From NCBI GenBank assembly GCA_018398765.1, contig JAHBMJ010000042.1, forward strand, positions 1 through 58,800: a DNA stretch of 58,800 nt, written 5' to 3'. This document shows positions 12,201 through 25,153 of the stretch, piece by piece (position 1 is the stretch's first letter; every line of letters begins with the position of its first letter). Below the pieces are notes generated by a model. The model was not told where the DNA came from, did not search any database, and saw only the letters and a list, made by a program, of their open reading frames with translations. A program made the translations under genes and the position numbers. Source of the DNA: Chromera velia. Lineage: Eukaryota.

Positions 12201-15200
12201 TCAGGGCGTTCCGCCGCTTCCGATGGACAAAATGAGGAGCGGAAGGGAGTCTCTCGAAGTGCACCAAGCCATGGAGGAGAAGGGGGTCAGTCAGTTAGTT
12301 AGTCAGTAGGTCAGTTTGTCAGTCAGTCAGTCGAAACGTCTGTTACAGCTTCTTACAACTCAATTTTCATTCGGAGATGTCGTCTTGGACCCATGTACGG
12401 GGTCTTCACTGCAATTGCTTCTCAGCATTTGCTTGGAAGACAGACAGCTAGTCGTCTTGTTTTTCTACTTTCTTTACACTCAGCAAGAGCAGAAGGAGGC
12501 TCTACAAAATGAATCCAGACAGCTCGTCTATTGTGTCATGCCTCTGTTCTGACTAAGCTACTCAAACGAATGAATGAATGAATGAATGAATGAATTGATT
12601 GAATGAATGAATGAATGAATGAAAGGATGAATGAATTGAATGAATGAATGAAAGAATGAATGAGTTGAATGAAAGAATGAATGAATGAAAGAATGAATGA
12701 ATTGAATGAAAGCATGAATGTTGAATGAATGAATGAATGAATGAATGAATGAATGAATGGAATGAATGAATGAATGAATGAATGAAAGAATGAATGAATT
12801 GAATGAAAGAATGAATGAATGAAAGAATGAATGAATTGAATGAAAGCATGAATGTTGAATGAATGAATGAATGAATGAATGAATGAATGAATTGAATGAA
12901 TGAATGCAGATTAACTTCGACGTCCCTCCACTCCCCACGTTCCCGAAAGCTCAGGACTTGTGCAGACGGCTTCTTGTGTGGGCACCTGAACACAGAATGG
13001 AGTCCTGTGCTAGATGCTTGGAACATGCATGGTGGGTAGGTGGGTGGGTGGCTGTTGTCGCCGTCTCCCTTCTCTCCGCTTCTTTCCGTGGTAACATGCT
13101 GAGATTTTTTTTTTTTTTATTCTTCTTCATTATTTTTTGAAACCCAGTTTCTTTTTGCCTGCTTCTGGATATCCATTGGCGCTCGTTTCTCTCTTCTTTT
13201 TCAATTCGGTCTCCTTCTGCAGACTCTGTCAATGCTCTGTTCCTTTCACCTTGCCGGACTTTTTGACCCTCTGATTTCTTCCCTGCTGCCCAACTTGACT
13301 GTCTTCCTGTGTTTGCGTCCACTTTGCAATTTTTATCTCCGCCGTCTCTCTCTGCACACCCATTGATGCGCTCCATCTATCAAACAACCAACAAACCATC
13401 TGTCCATCCTTCTCCTGAATTCTGAGTGCAGGCTGACAGAGGTACCAGAGCCCCTGCTGCCAGAGCTGATCCGAATCCGATCAGGAGGCCCACGGTACCA
13501 CCACCAGCCAGCAGCGGTGCACCCAACCCACCACCCTACTCAAATGCAGCAACACACAGCAGGGTTCTCCCAAAGGCTGTCTGCAAGTGGAAGCAGCAGA
13601 CACAGCCAGAGCCAGAGCCCGACCAGCGCTGCACACACGTCTTCAGGGACATTCCCGAATTTCATTCTGAATACTTCTTCCAAACAACAGAACCAACAAC
13701 CAGGCCACAATTTGCGTACTGGACAAACAAATTCAACCCAGGCTTCCCCGACAGCCGGAGACGGGATGATGGGGGGCGACCCAGGTCTTGCGTGTTCCAC
13801 CCCCACGTCTTCTTCCTCAGGGACACCGGGGGGACGCCATGGGGGGGGATCTTCACGTTCGTCTCATCATCCTATGAACTTCTATTCTTCGGCTTCACAT
13901 AATCATAGTCCGGGCTTTCATCTCTCGTCTGGTGCAGGGGGGGGGGTTCATGGAGGTTCTCAGGGGCTCTCGACGTCATCGCAGTCAAGCCCGACACACC
14001 CAAGATTAACCGCCTCACGCTCACGGCAACGAGCTGCTGCTTCGCTTTTGGGTCTGTCAGGGAACTCCTCCTCCTCCACTCAGCAGCAGAAGGGGGATCG
14101 AAGTTCTCAAGGAGGGTGGGGATCTTCTCACACCTCTCCTGGGGGACATTCCCACCACCATCAGTCAACCCAGCTTCAGCAATCAGCAGGTGGGGGGTCC
14201 TCACAGGTTGTTCAGAGCAATCACCCCCACCTAGCGTTGATCTCGGACGTTTACCATTCACGCACACCGCCACCCGCTGAAGAGGACAGCGACGTGGTCA
14301 TGGAGGCAGCGTCTCCCACAGTCCCTGTGCCTGCCTCTCGCAGGGAGAGGGAAAGGGAAAGACCACTGGGGAGCAGTGCTGCAGATCCATCAGGTGAGTG
14401 TCTGTATGTTTCTTTTTTTTTTCTTCTTTTTTTTTTTGGTGCAGATCCATCAGGTGAGTGTCTGTATGTGTGTCTGTCCGGTTGATTCTCTTGACTGTCT
14501 TTTTTGCTTGGGTCATTTCAGTTTTCCCCTCCCTGTCCACGAAATCAAGGCTTGATGGACACGGACGAGACGCAGCGAAGTGATTAGCTTGCTGAGAAAG
14601 ACGCGCATGATTTCTTTTATTTATTCGTTATGACCGCGCACTGCTTGTATACGCACTTCTAGAAGGAGCCCGCGAAAGATCGGCACCACACACAAACACA
14701 CACATGAGCATACGTCCTATCCTCTTCCGTCGCTGTTTTTCTCTCTGATTCTCTTCTGCCTTTCGTTTCCTTCTTTTTTTCTTTCTTTCTTTTTTTCTTT
14801 CTTTCTTTCTTTTTTATTCTTTCTTTCCTCTTTTCTTTCTTTCCTCTTTTGTTTGTTTGTTTGTTTGTTTGTTTGTTTCTTTCTTTCTTTCTCTCTTTCT
14901 TTCTTTCTCTCTACAGGTATTCCAGGACCCAACGCCTTCCACCCGCACGCCCATCTTCCTTCAGGCCTGACTACTTTCCAGAGAGAGAGAAATGCAATGA
15001 CGCAGCCGCCATTCCAGCAACAGCAGCAGGGGGGGGCGGCACAAAGTGCGGCGATCTTTGCCCATTCGGGGCTTGGGGGGCATGCATCTGCCGTCGGTCA
15101 GCAGACTGCTTCTTCAGCTCCCCCCCTCTCGTCGCTGTCTTCTAGCTTCACTGGGCGTCTCGCAGGACACCCGGGGGCTTCTGCTGCTGATGACCGCGTC

Positions 15201-15401
15201 CCCATGACGGATGTGGGTGATTGCGGTGGGAGTGGGGGAGGAGGGGGAACGGGGAGTGGGGGGGTTGGACGGTGTATGAGTGCGCTGTCTCGGATTCTGC
15301 CTTCCTCTCCGGGGAGGGACCGCGACAGAGACAGCAGAGACAGGGACAGAGGACTATTGCAAGACGTTGGAGTCAGTCGCTTTGCTTTTACGCTGATCTG
15401 A
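9203..15401 (+). CDS. Ser/Thr protein kinase, CAMK-group-like, DFD motif, long S/G/H/Q low-complexity C-tail (~862 aa)
   Basis: Exons 9203-9505, 9988-10070, 10653-10770, 10999-11285, 11675-11822, 12205-12285, 12910-13031, 13432-14393, 14917-15401. Motifs YIAKII (VAIK), EKLMGGELF, HRDVKPEN, LIDFDT, GTYGYLAPE, DMWSIGVILFILMTGVPP, AQDLCRRLL..EHRM..CLEHAWL. The last exon may instead splice at GTCAGT 15371. Confidence 0.9.
12569..12905 (+). repeat. (TGAA)n microsatellite with an internal ~120-bp higher-order duplication, ending directly in the kinase exon-7 acceptor
   Basis: tgaa run; block ..aattgaatgaaagcatgaatgttgaatg.. occurs near 12700 and 12835; ends tgaatgcag|ATT. Confidence 0.9.
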
Positions 15402-15563
15402 GTCTTTCTGGTCCGAAATTTAGATTGCGGGGCGTCTAGAACGAAAAGTCCGTTTAAGATGCGATAGTCTGGAACTTCGGCATAATCCTTCCACTTTTGT
15501 GCGTTCAGTCTTGTGAGTGCACACCGCCTCTCTCTCTCTCTCCTTCCACATCTATCTCCCCCT

Positions 15564-15594
<31 letters not shown>

Positions 15595-18365
15595 GCTGCA
15601 TGTGTGTGTGTGTGTGTGTGTGGCTGCATGTGTGTTTGTGTATGCAGAAGTTGGCGTATCCACGACACAGACAACACAGAGTGTAAAGAAATCGTCGGAG
15701 CAAGAAGGGAGGGAGGGGGGCAAACCGGCTGGTGGGTACATGGGTCAACGATCGGGAGAGAGTTATTCTTTTTGCGGGGGAGGTGCGAACAGAAGGAAAG
15801 AGAAAAACGGATTTCAATCCAAAAAACAAGGAAGCCAGGCACAGCTGGGCACATCTGACAGGTCATTCAAAGAAACGTGTCCATCACAAACAGCATTTAC
15901 ACGAGAGAAAAAGTACGCGACGAGGGCAAAAAGACTGACACTCAGTTCAGAGAAAAGATGTCATTGTGCCATTGGAGGAGGGAGAGTCGAGCAGAATACA
16001 TTGTTCAGCAATTCAGCAGTGAAGAGGAGCAGAGAGAGGAAACTCGCTGCACTGAAGAAGCAGAAGGACATACAAGCTCAACCGTTTCATTGATGCATCG
16101 GTGCACGTCTTTTCTCTCCTTCGCCCTCTTTTCCTCCAATTCGTTGAGCAAAAACAAACAATGGACATGTCCGTGAGTCGTCCCCTTTGAATTTCTTGCC
16201 TCTACTTGCCGGAAGTCCGTTTTTTCTCAAGGCAATTAATTTCCCTCCCACGACAACAAAAAGAACGTCTCCCTTTTCAAAGCGATTGAGGCCCTGTCTC
16301 CTCTCCTGCCTCCCTCGCGCTGTCTCTCTCTCTCTCTCTGTGTTGTCTGCGTCCTTTCCCTAGAATATGACTGAGTTTTTTTTTCGTCTTGACAAAAATC
16401 ATTTTCGGGATTGGATATGCACTCCACCTTTCTTCTCGTCTTGACTGTCTCGTCTTGTACCTCCGTACAGAAATTCGAATGTTGCAAAGAAGGACAGACT
16501 TTCCCTTCTAATTCAATCAATCGGGGTGCTATGCTGTAGCATCAGGGGAGGGTGCAGGGGGGGGGAACGTATGTTAGTAGAGGGTGCACAAAGGGATGAT
16601 AGGGCAAGATCAATCTGGCCGACAGGGGCGGACGGGAATGGGAGACCAAAATGTTTGAAGGCGGGAGCTGGCTTTTGGGTGCGTCTGATCTGTTTCTTTT
16701 GTTCTCCGACTGTCTGTCTGCACAGGTAGAAAGGAAAATCTGTCAGACAGAAAGCCTCTTTCTTTCTTTCCATCTACCGCGTGTGTGTCATGCAACCTCA
16801 TCGGAAAGCGAAATTTTCAAAAACCCAAACGTACTACACGTCAATGTCATAATGTTCAAACAACCACAAGATGACACGGAGGGAGAACGTGAGGGGAGGG
16901 AGAAAGAAAAAGGGAGCGAGAGAGAGAGAGCACAAAGGGTCTTGGAATGCAGGTGAAATGTACAAGAAAGGCCTCCTGAAATGTCATTGCAGGGCAGTAG
17001 CAAGAGATAGTGCAGGAGGGGATGAAGGAAAAGATCGCAGGTCACACACACGATCTTGCACGAACGCCGGAGCTTTTGTGGCGAACCTCTGTGTGTGTTT
17101 TCATTTTCTTCGATCGATCAGTCCCGTTCTTCTACGGGTCTGTTTTAAACTCTTTCTGGCTTTTTCACTCTTTTTCTCTTCTCTCTCCCGCTCCCCTTCC
17201 CCTTCTTTCTGGGCGTGTTTGTCTGTGTGTGTATTTGATTTTGTGATGTGATCAAAATAATGCTTGTACTTGATGCCATATGCTTGTTTCGATCTTTTCT
17301 CTTTCCCTTCATGAACCCTTAATGACCTCATCTGAAAAGGAACAACCAAAAAAAGAAAGAAGTGCAAAAGTAATTATCGAAAAATGAATGAAGAAACGAT
17401 AGGAAAGAGATTGATTCAAGGATCATCAAGCAGAAGGGTGCAAGCCTGCTGCCCCTTTACTGCTTGAATCTGAATCTTTCTCTCCGTCAATTCACTCTCA
17501 CTTGAGAGGCACGTGGGGTGGAGTGCTTCACGTACGCATTCAGACAGTAAGTGAAAAGAAATTACGGAAAGGAAACAAAGACTCGCGTCTGCTGTTTACA
17601 TGCAATCAAAAATTCAATCAATCGATCAGCAACCGTCTATCCGTCTCTTTGTCCGCCTCTGGTTCGTCTTCTGTCTATTTGTCTGTCTGTCCCTTTTCAA
17701 CTCAACTCAACTCAACTTCCCCTCTCTGCCTGCCTGCCCCCGATATCCTTCCTGTTGTTTGAAACGTGCACTGTTCAATTGCCCTTTTCGGGCATTTACT
17801 GTGTTGTTTATGTATTCATATGCGGGTGCACGGATCAGTTGTCGTGCTTGTAACTCTTGCCACGTTAGACCTGCAAACGAGCCCTTCGGTAGCAACGAAC
17901 GTTTCTTGATTGATTCGATCCGAATTCATGCATGCGATGTCGTATCGACAGGACAACAAAGAGGTGTGTGGTGTTGTTTGTCTTCATTGTCTTTTGCTCT
18001 CATGCATGGCCATGGTGAAGAAAGAGAAGATTGAAAGAAGGTCATCGTCGTTGGCCAACAAAGTAAGAGGGAAAAAGGGAGTGGGTTGATCCAAGCCCTT
18101 CGAATCCAAAAAGAATGGGCATGGCGATCGAAGAAATCACGAGACAAATTCATGTCCCGAAGATCATCTGTATCCGTCGCACATAGGGACACTTTTTCCG
18201 CTTTCTCTCCCCCCCTTTAAGTACCTGCAGAGGGGGGCCCATTAGAAGGAACGAAAACACAAAAGAACCGAAGAGAAAGAAAAGTTGATTTCCTCTAGCT
18301 CTTGGCCCATGGCTCCTTCAGTAGTCCCTCCGCTTGCCCTTCTTTCTTTCTTTCTTTCTTTCTTG

Positions 18366-18396
<31 letters not shown>

Positions 18397-21300
18397 GCTT
18401 TCTGTGTATGTCGTCTTTCGACTTGCGTGCTTCTCCCACCCTCTTTCTATTGAACCAAGCGGACATGCAACCTCCCCCCCCACTCGGCAATTCACCTTCC
18501 TCCCCTTACTCCTGTCTGACCAAGATGTTTAAGCAGACTCAAAAAACGAAAGGATGTAAAAAGAAAGGAGCAACGAAGGAAGACCCGCATTTTTCGCTCT
18601 CAGTTGGTTGGTTGGGCTCTCTCCTCCTCTAGACGTTTCATCCCTCAACAGACACAAAAGAGAAACACACCGACAAGGGAACAATTAAACAGTCTGCATG
18701 TGCCCGTTGCTCGTCTGTTTGTTGATGGGTGTGCGTGAGGATTCGTCTTGTTGCATGCATGCCTCTGGACTGCTTCCGTCTTTGTTCTTGCTCCCTGCCA
18801 GGATCCTGCAAGGAGGGAAAAAACAGGGGCGAGTCATACCACTTCGATCAGACAAACTGAAAGAAGTAGAAAAGTTCACTTCTTAATTCTGCAGATGAAC
18901 ACCAAGAAAGACAAAAACAGAAAGAAAGCTGAACTGAATTCAGACAGACAGACAGACATATAGACAGACAGACCTGAATTCATTGAAGCAGAAAAGAATG
19001 GAAAGAATACCTTCCATTCAACCCTGTAGAGCACTCTGTTCTTTTCTTTTTGCGATGGTGCTTATGAGAAGCTCAGCAGGCTGGAGGGAAGGGACGGATC
19101 TGCGGATGTATGCTGATGGCTGCACAGATGAAAAGGAGAGATCATCAGGGGATCATCAAAGGAAGAATCCCTCCCCCCGGTCAACCTTCCGCCGGCAGGT
19201 TTTCAGCTCCTTCCGTTCACACACATTGGCATTGAGATGCAACTGACTCAGTGAGTTGTCGATCTAGCGGTCGGCATGAGACATGTAAGACAGAATCCAT
19301 GAAAGGCCCGGGATGATTCGTCAGTTTTTGATTTTTTCTTCTCCCTTGACCAATCTTTTTCTTTTGATCTGGTCACGGAACCAAAGAAGAGGGATGACGT
19401 CGGGTTGATTTTGAGTCTGCAGCAAAAACTGAGAGAGAAAGAGAGAGAAAGAGAGGGAGAGAGAGGGATGCGCTTCCCAATTTTCTTTTTTTTGCTCTCT
19501 TGCTCTCGGGCTGTACTGTTTGATAAGCTCGCAGAAAAGCTTGCGTGAAGACAGGTAGGCATCAAAAGATCAGGCATTCAATCAAGAAAGAACTTCGATC
19601 AGGCGAGAAGAAAGATTCTCTTTTCAATGTTCACATTCGATCTGATGGTTAAGCCCCAAGTACGACAGACAGGCGGACACATAGATGGACTGGCACAGAG
19701 ACAGAGAGACAGAGAGGCCAGGGTTTCATGCATCTTTTGGGTATGATCGAATTCAGGGGACAGCTGCATGCCAGTGGTATCACCCCGACACAGACACGTA
19801 TGAAGATCAACATTCATCTATCCGTTTCACTCACTTACCTCACCTCGTCTTTCTTGTTCTTTTATGAAATAATAGATCGTCTTAAGCCCGTCTGGCGGAA
19901 CAAACTTAAAGCCGTTTACTACATTAGCATAATATGCATGATTACAGAGTATGTTCTTATTACTTCTTAATGATAATTATATCATTTATTTGTGCAAACA
20001 GTTTAATAGCAATCAGTGTGACTGTATGTGACTGTTACTAACTGAGTCTGTAACATACAGTCAAGTACAGTTAAGTAGCATCACTCGATTTTTATTGATA
20101 CTTAGAATTACTTAATTAGAATTTGTATTTCTTTTTTTTAAAAAAAATAAATTTTTAAAATCTTTTAAAGCTTGAACCTAGGTTCAACAAAGTCCCAAAT
20201 TCATCTAGGCTTGAATTTAAAAACCTTTTAGTAATTGAATTAATTTTTAGTAAAAATTATAAAAAATTGTTTTAGTCCAGGTTTTATTTGGTATATAAGG
20301 AGGGGAAGCCTTAGGGCGGCACGCAAGGCAGCGCCAATCTATAAGAGATAGAAAACAGGGCGTGGGACTAAAAACGCTGGGTCGGAGACTTTTAAGGCCC
20401 CAGAAGTTTGCGTATTCATGAAATTAATTGCAGTACGAAAATCAATGGATCGATCACCAGACTCTTCCGCGATTTCATATCCAGATTGATTGACTTTGAG
20501 TAACTTTAAGCAGTACCGTAGATTAACAGTTTCTTTGTCTTACGAGAAAGTTTTCTGTCTGTGGGTCGTTTTGGTTATCCTTTGGAACCAGATAGCCTAT
20601 AGTATTTTTTCCTTATATTCTTATACGTACTTATCACTTTTATAATCCTCTAACACTGATGAAACACAATATATATTCAACATAAGAATACACATTATCA
20701 GGGCCAGCAGCAATTTCAAGTAATTTATGGCGTGATAAGGCTCTATAAGGCTCCATGTTATTCGGCCGGCCAGTCTTAGGCCCGACGAGCTGGCGGCGGG
20801 CGCGGCTGGGGCGCCGCTGCTAGCTAGATCGAAGGTGCATGTGGCGGCGCGCAACCGGGCGTGCATGCATGGTGCGGCGCCGTTGCATGTATAACACGTC
20901 AGTTAATTCTGCGGGCGGTCTGTATCGGTGTGGTGACTGCATGCATGCATTCAAGGTCAGGCACTCGAGCCCCCGCAAAATTTGGAGATTTACGCATTGC
21001 GAGTGGTCCAGAAAAGCGAATTGAAGGCCACGGGACTTCTGAAAGTGCTATCCAAACAGGCTTTCCGGGGCCAAAACAGCGATAAACGAATTGAAATGAA
21101 GATCACTTTCAGAACCTCGCTTCTGATTCCATGCAACTGTCCCGGAGTTCCCACGAATAAGAGTGGCACCTCTTCATTCCGAATACTGCACCCTGCTTGC
21201 TCTACTGTTTCTGTCTATGTGCGCCTTACCGTTTTCTCCACTTATACCCGAGGACGAACGCGAAGGTCAGACAACACGTGCACGTATATATTGAGATCTG

Positions 21301-21944
21301 AAAACGGCATTTCTTCTGCATCTCCTTTCCAAAAGATCCTTTCGGTTCATCCGTCCATTTGAGTGTATCTCTCTGCATGTGTTCGATGCTGTACTGGACA
21401 TGTAGGTGTATCGGGTACAGATCGGTACCGTCGTAACTTAAAAGTCCGGCGTCCAGGTGTGTCTGAACGTCTTTTCTTTTTGAACATACATGCAGATTGA
21501 CGACGCCACCGTCTGAAAATTCAGCTGTTCTTCTGTCCTGTGCTCTATGCCTGTTTCTCTTTCTTTCATTCTGCATGACTAGCTCTGTTTCCATCCGACC
21601 CTCTCTGTCATTAAACTTTTGTCTGATGGCCAGAAAATGGGCGTGCCTGTTCGTATGCATGTGCCAATTCAATACTCCTGATATTAATGTATGCCTACCG
21701 TAAACAGTTGTGTAGCTATCTCTTTGGGAGTGTGTGGGAAGTTTGGAGAAAATACAAATGTGAGAACAGAGAGGAAGCTTACGGGGAGTGTGGGCTGTGT
21801 CTGCTTTAGTTCCCTCTAGAATCACACCGTTCACCGTCGTTCTTCTGAACAACATTGTAGGTTGAACTGTGACAGCGATGCACCATGTACATGCGTCTGC
21901 CTGCCTGTCCGTGTATTAATGTACGCATGCAAAATGTATGTATG

Positions 21945-23010
<1,066 letters not shown>

Positions 23011-25153
23011 GGTGTTTCTGAGTGTGTCTGGGTTTGTCTGTGTCGGTGTTTGTGTTTATATCTGTGCACATAGGTGAATGACTTAGTTCAATCGATTGAA
23101 CTCAAAATTCGAATCAATTCAATAAAAGAAGAATTTTCTTAATAATTTGCTTTAAAATCTGTTTTAGAATTTTTTATGAAATTTTTCAGAAATGAGTAAA
23201 AATTTGATATAATGTAAGTGTTGATACGTATACTTGAACTCAGTACATATGTCAAGTAGTAGTGAGTATAAGGGAGGTGCTAATACATATGCCAGAAGTT
23301 ATTGTAGGTAAATGGCTTCTTCGCAGCCAGAGTAGATAAAAACAATAAAATGAATGGAATTAAAGAATAACATGATAGAAGCTCAGTCCGCTCGGAAAAT
23401 ACCTATACTGTTTGTTAGTACTGTTTCTAGATTCGATATAGTTTAAAAATTCTATGAATAGTTTTTAAACGTACTGCAAAAAGCTAGACAAAAAGTTTTA
23501 TTTCATAATACAGTGTGTCCGATATTCACACACACAAAAAAGAAAAATCAAATGGCTTGCAGTCTAGCTTGCAGTGGCTCTCAAGCTATACAATGTCATG
23601 TGCTGCATGCATGTTTGACTATTCATGGCAAAAAGCCTCCGGCAGGGACAAGGTGCGCTTCGCCAGAAGCTCGCGCTTTGTATATTCATATGCAGGATAC
23701 CCCCTTAGAAGAAGGAGAGCGGCAGGCAAGAAGAAGAACGACAGGCAAGGAGGAGACTCTGAGGCGCAGGTAAGAAGGAGGCAGGGAGGTAAGAAAGAGG
23801 AAATAAGCAGGCAATTGAGGTGGAGGTGAAGAGGCGTGCAGGAGGCCATCATGAGGCATGAAGGAGCGAGGCAAGCAGGCAAAACGGCACAGGAAGGTAA
23901 AAGGAGACGGGCACCGCCAGGCAAGTGTGGGACAGGTTGGCAAACACGAGGGAGAGACACAGGCAATATGGAGACAGACTGGCAGAAGGAGAGAGGCCGG
24001 CAAGCAGGAGACGGCCAGGCAGGGAAGAACGAGACTGTGACGCACGAAGGAGCTAGCTAGGCGAAGAGGCAAAACCGAGACCGGCAGGCACGAACTTCAA
24101 GGAGACGGGCACTGGCAGGCATGAAGGAGACAGAAAGGGAAACGGAGACACGTAGGCATGAAGGTGCCTGGGAGGCATGAAGGAGCCAGGCCGGCGAAAA
24201 GGAGACGAAGAGGGAAGAGGGAGGGAATGAGGCAAGAAGGAGACTGTACGAAACAATGTTGGGCAGCAGGTACTGCGAGGCAAACACGGGAAAAAACGCA
24301 GGCAAGGAAGAGAAGGGAGGCATAAAGAAGAGAGAGAGAGACGGTGGGAAGAGAGAGACAGCCATGCAGGCAAGAGCTAGGGAGGCTGCCACTTTACGCC
24401 AACGGCGTATAATGGCGAGGAAGCGGGCCTGAGATCCATGCCAGCTAGAGGTGGGATCGATGCCGTGTGACTGGATGGGATCCGCATATCGCCAAGCTGG
24501 CCATGCATGCGAAGGAAAAGACAGATGCTGGGACAGATAGACGGCCAGTTCTGCACACGCGACAGAGTGGAGATGTCGGTTGAATGGTGTCATGTCCGCG
24601 ATTTGATGAGAAGAGGAGTGTGAAAGCATGGAACAGTTCAGAAGAGGCAAGCATGGCAGGATGCCATGCATGGATCCCCCAAAAAAGTCACCGGACGCTT
24701 AACTGACGTCTGAACTGTCACGCGATTTCGTAGGGTGCGCCAGGGGCTAATAAACCGAGGCGCGGGGCCCCGGCACATAGTCCAGCCGCGTGTCTAATGC
24801 GTCTCTATACAGCCTTGAGTGTCAGACTTTATAGCCCTGATCAGAACATGTTGGAACCGGCGGACACACGCAGAGGTATATATATACAATTGTCGCCATA
24901 CAATGTGTGTTATTGTGTGCTTGTTTGAATCGATAGCCAACCGAGAGAACCGTGTCTTGTGTCCAGCAAGTCCGTGTTTTCAATTCAAGAAACTCATTCA
25001 GCATATCTAGCTGCATGCAAGAGCCCACCCACCCAGCCCGTCTCTCTGCATGGCGGCTGAGGTCTGGTTGAGATCACCCGTCCATGCATCCCTGTGATCT
25101 CTCGATCTTCTGTGCTTGCACTGCTTCTTTCCCTGCCTGCCTGTGATAGAGAC

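Noticed and set aside
15402..19850. Additional protein-coding gene downstream of the kinase
   Set aside because: Only low-complexity ORFs with no coherent exon chain or domain; probably 3' UTR, further kinase introns or intergenic DNA.
20293..20617. Possible small MITE with ATATAAGGA..TCCTTATAT ends
   Set aside because: Only ~9 bp match in AT-rich DNA, and similarity beyond it is weak.
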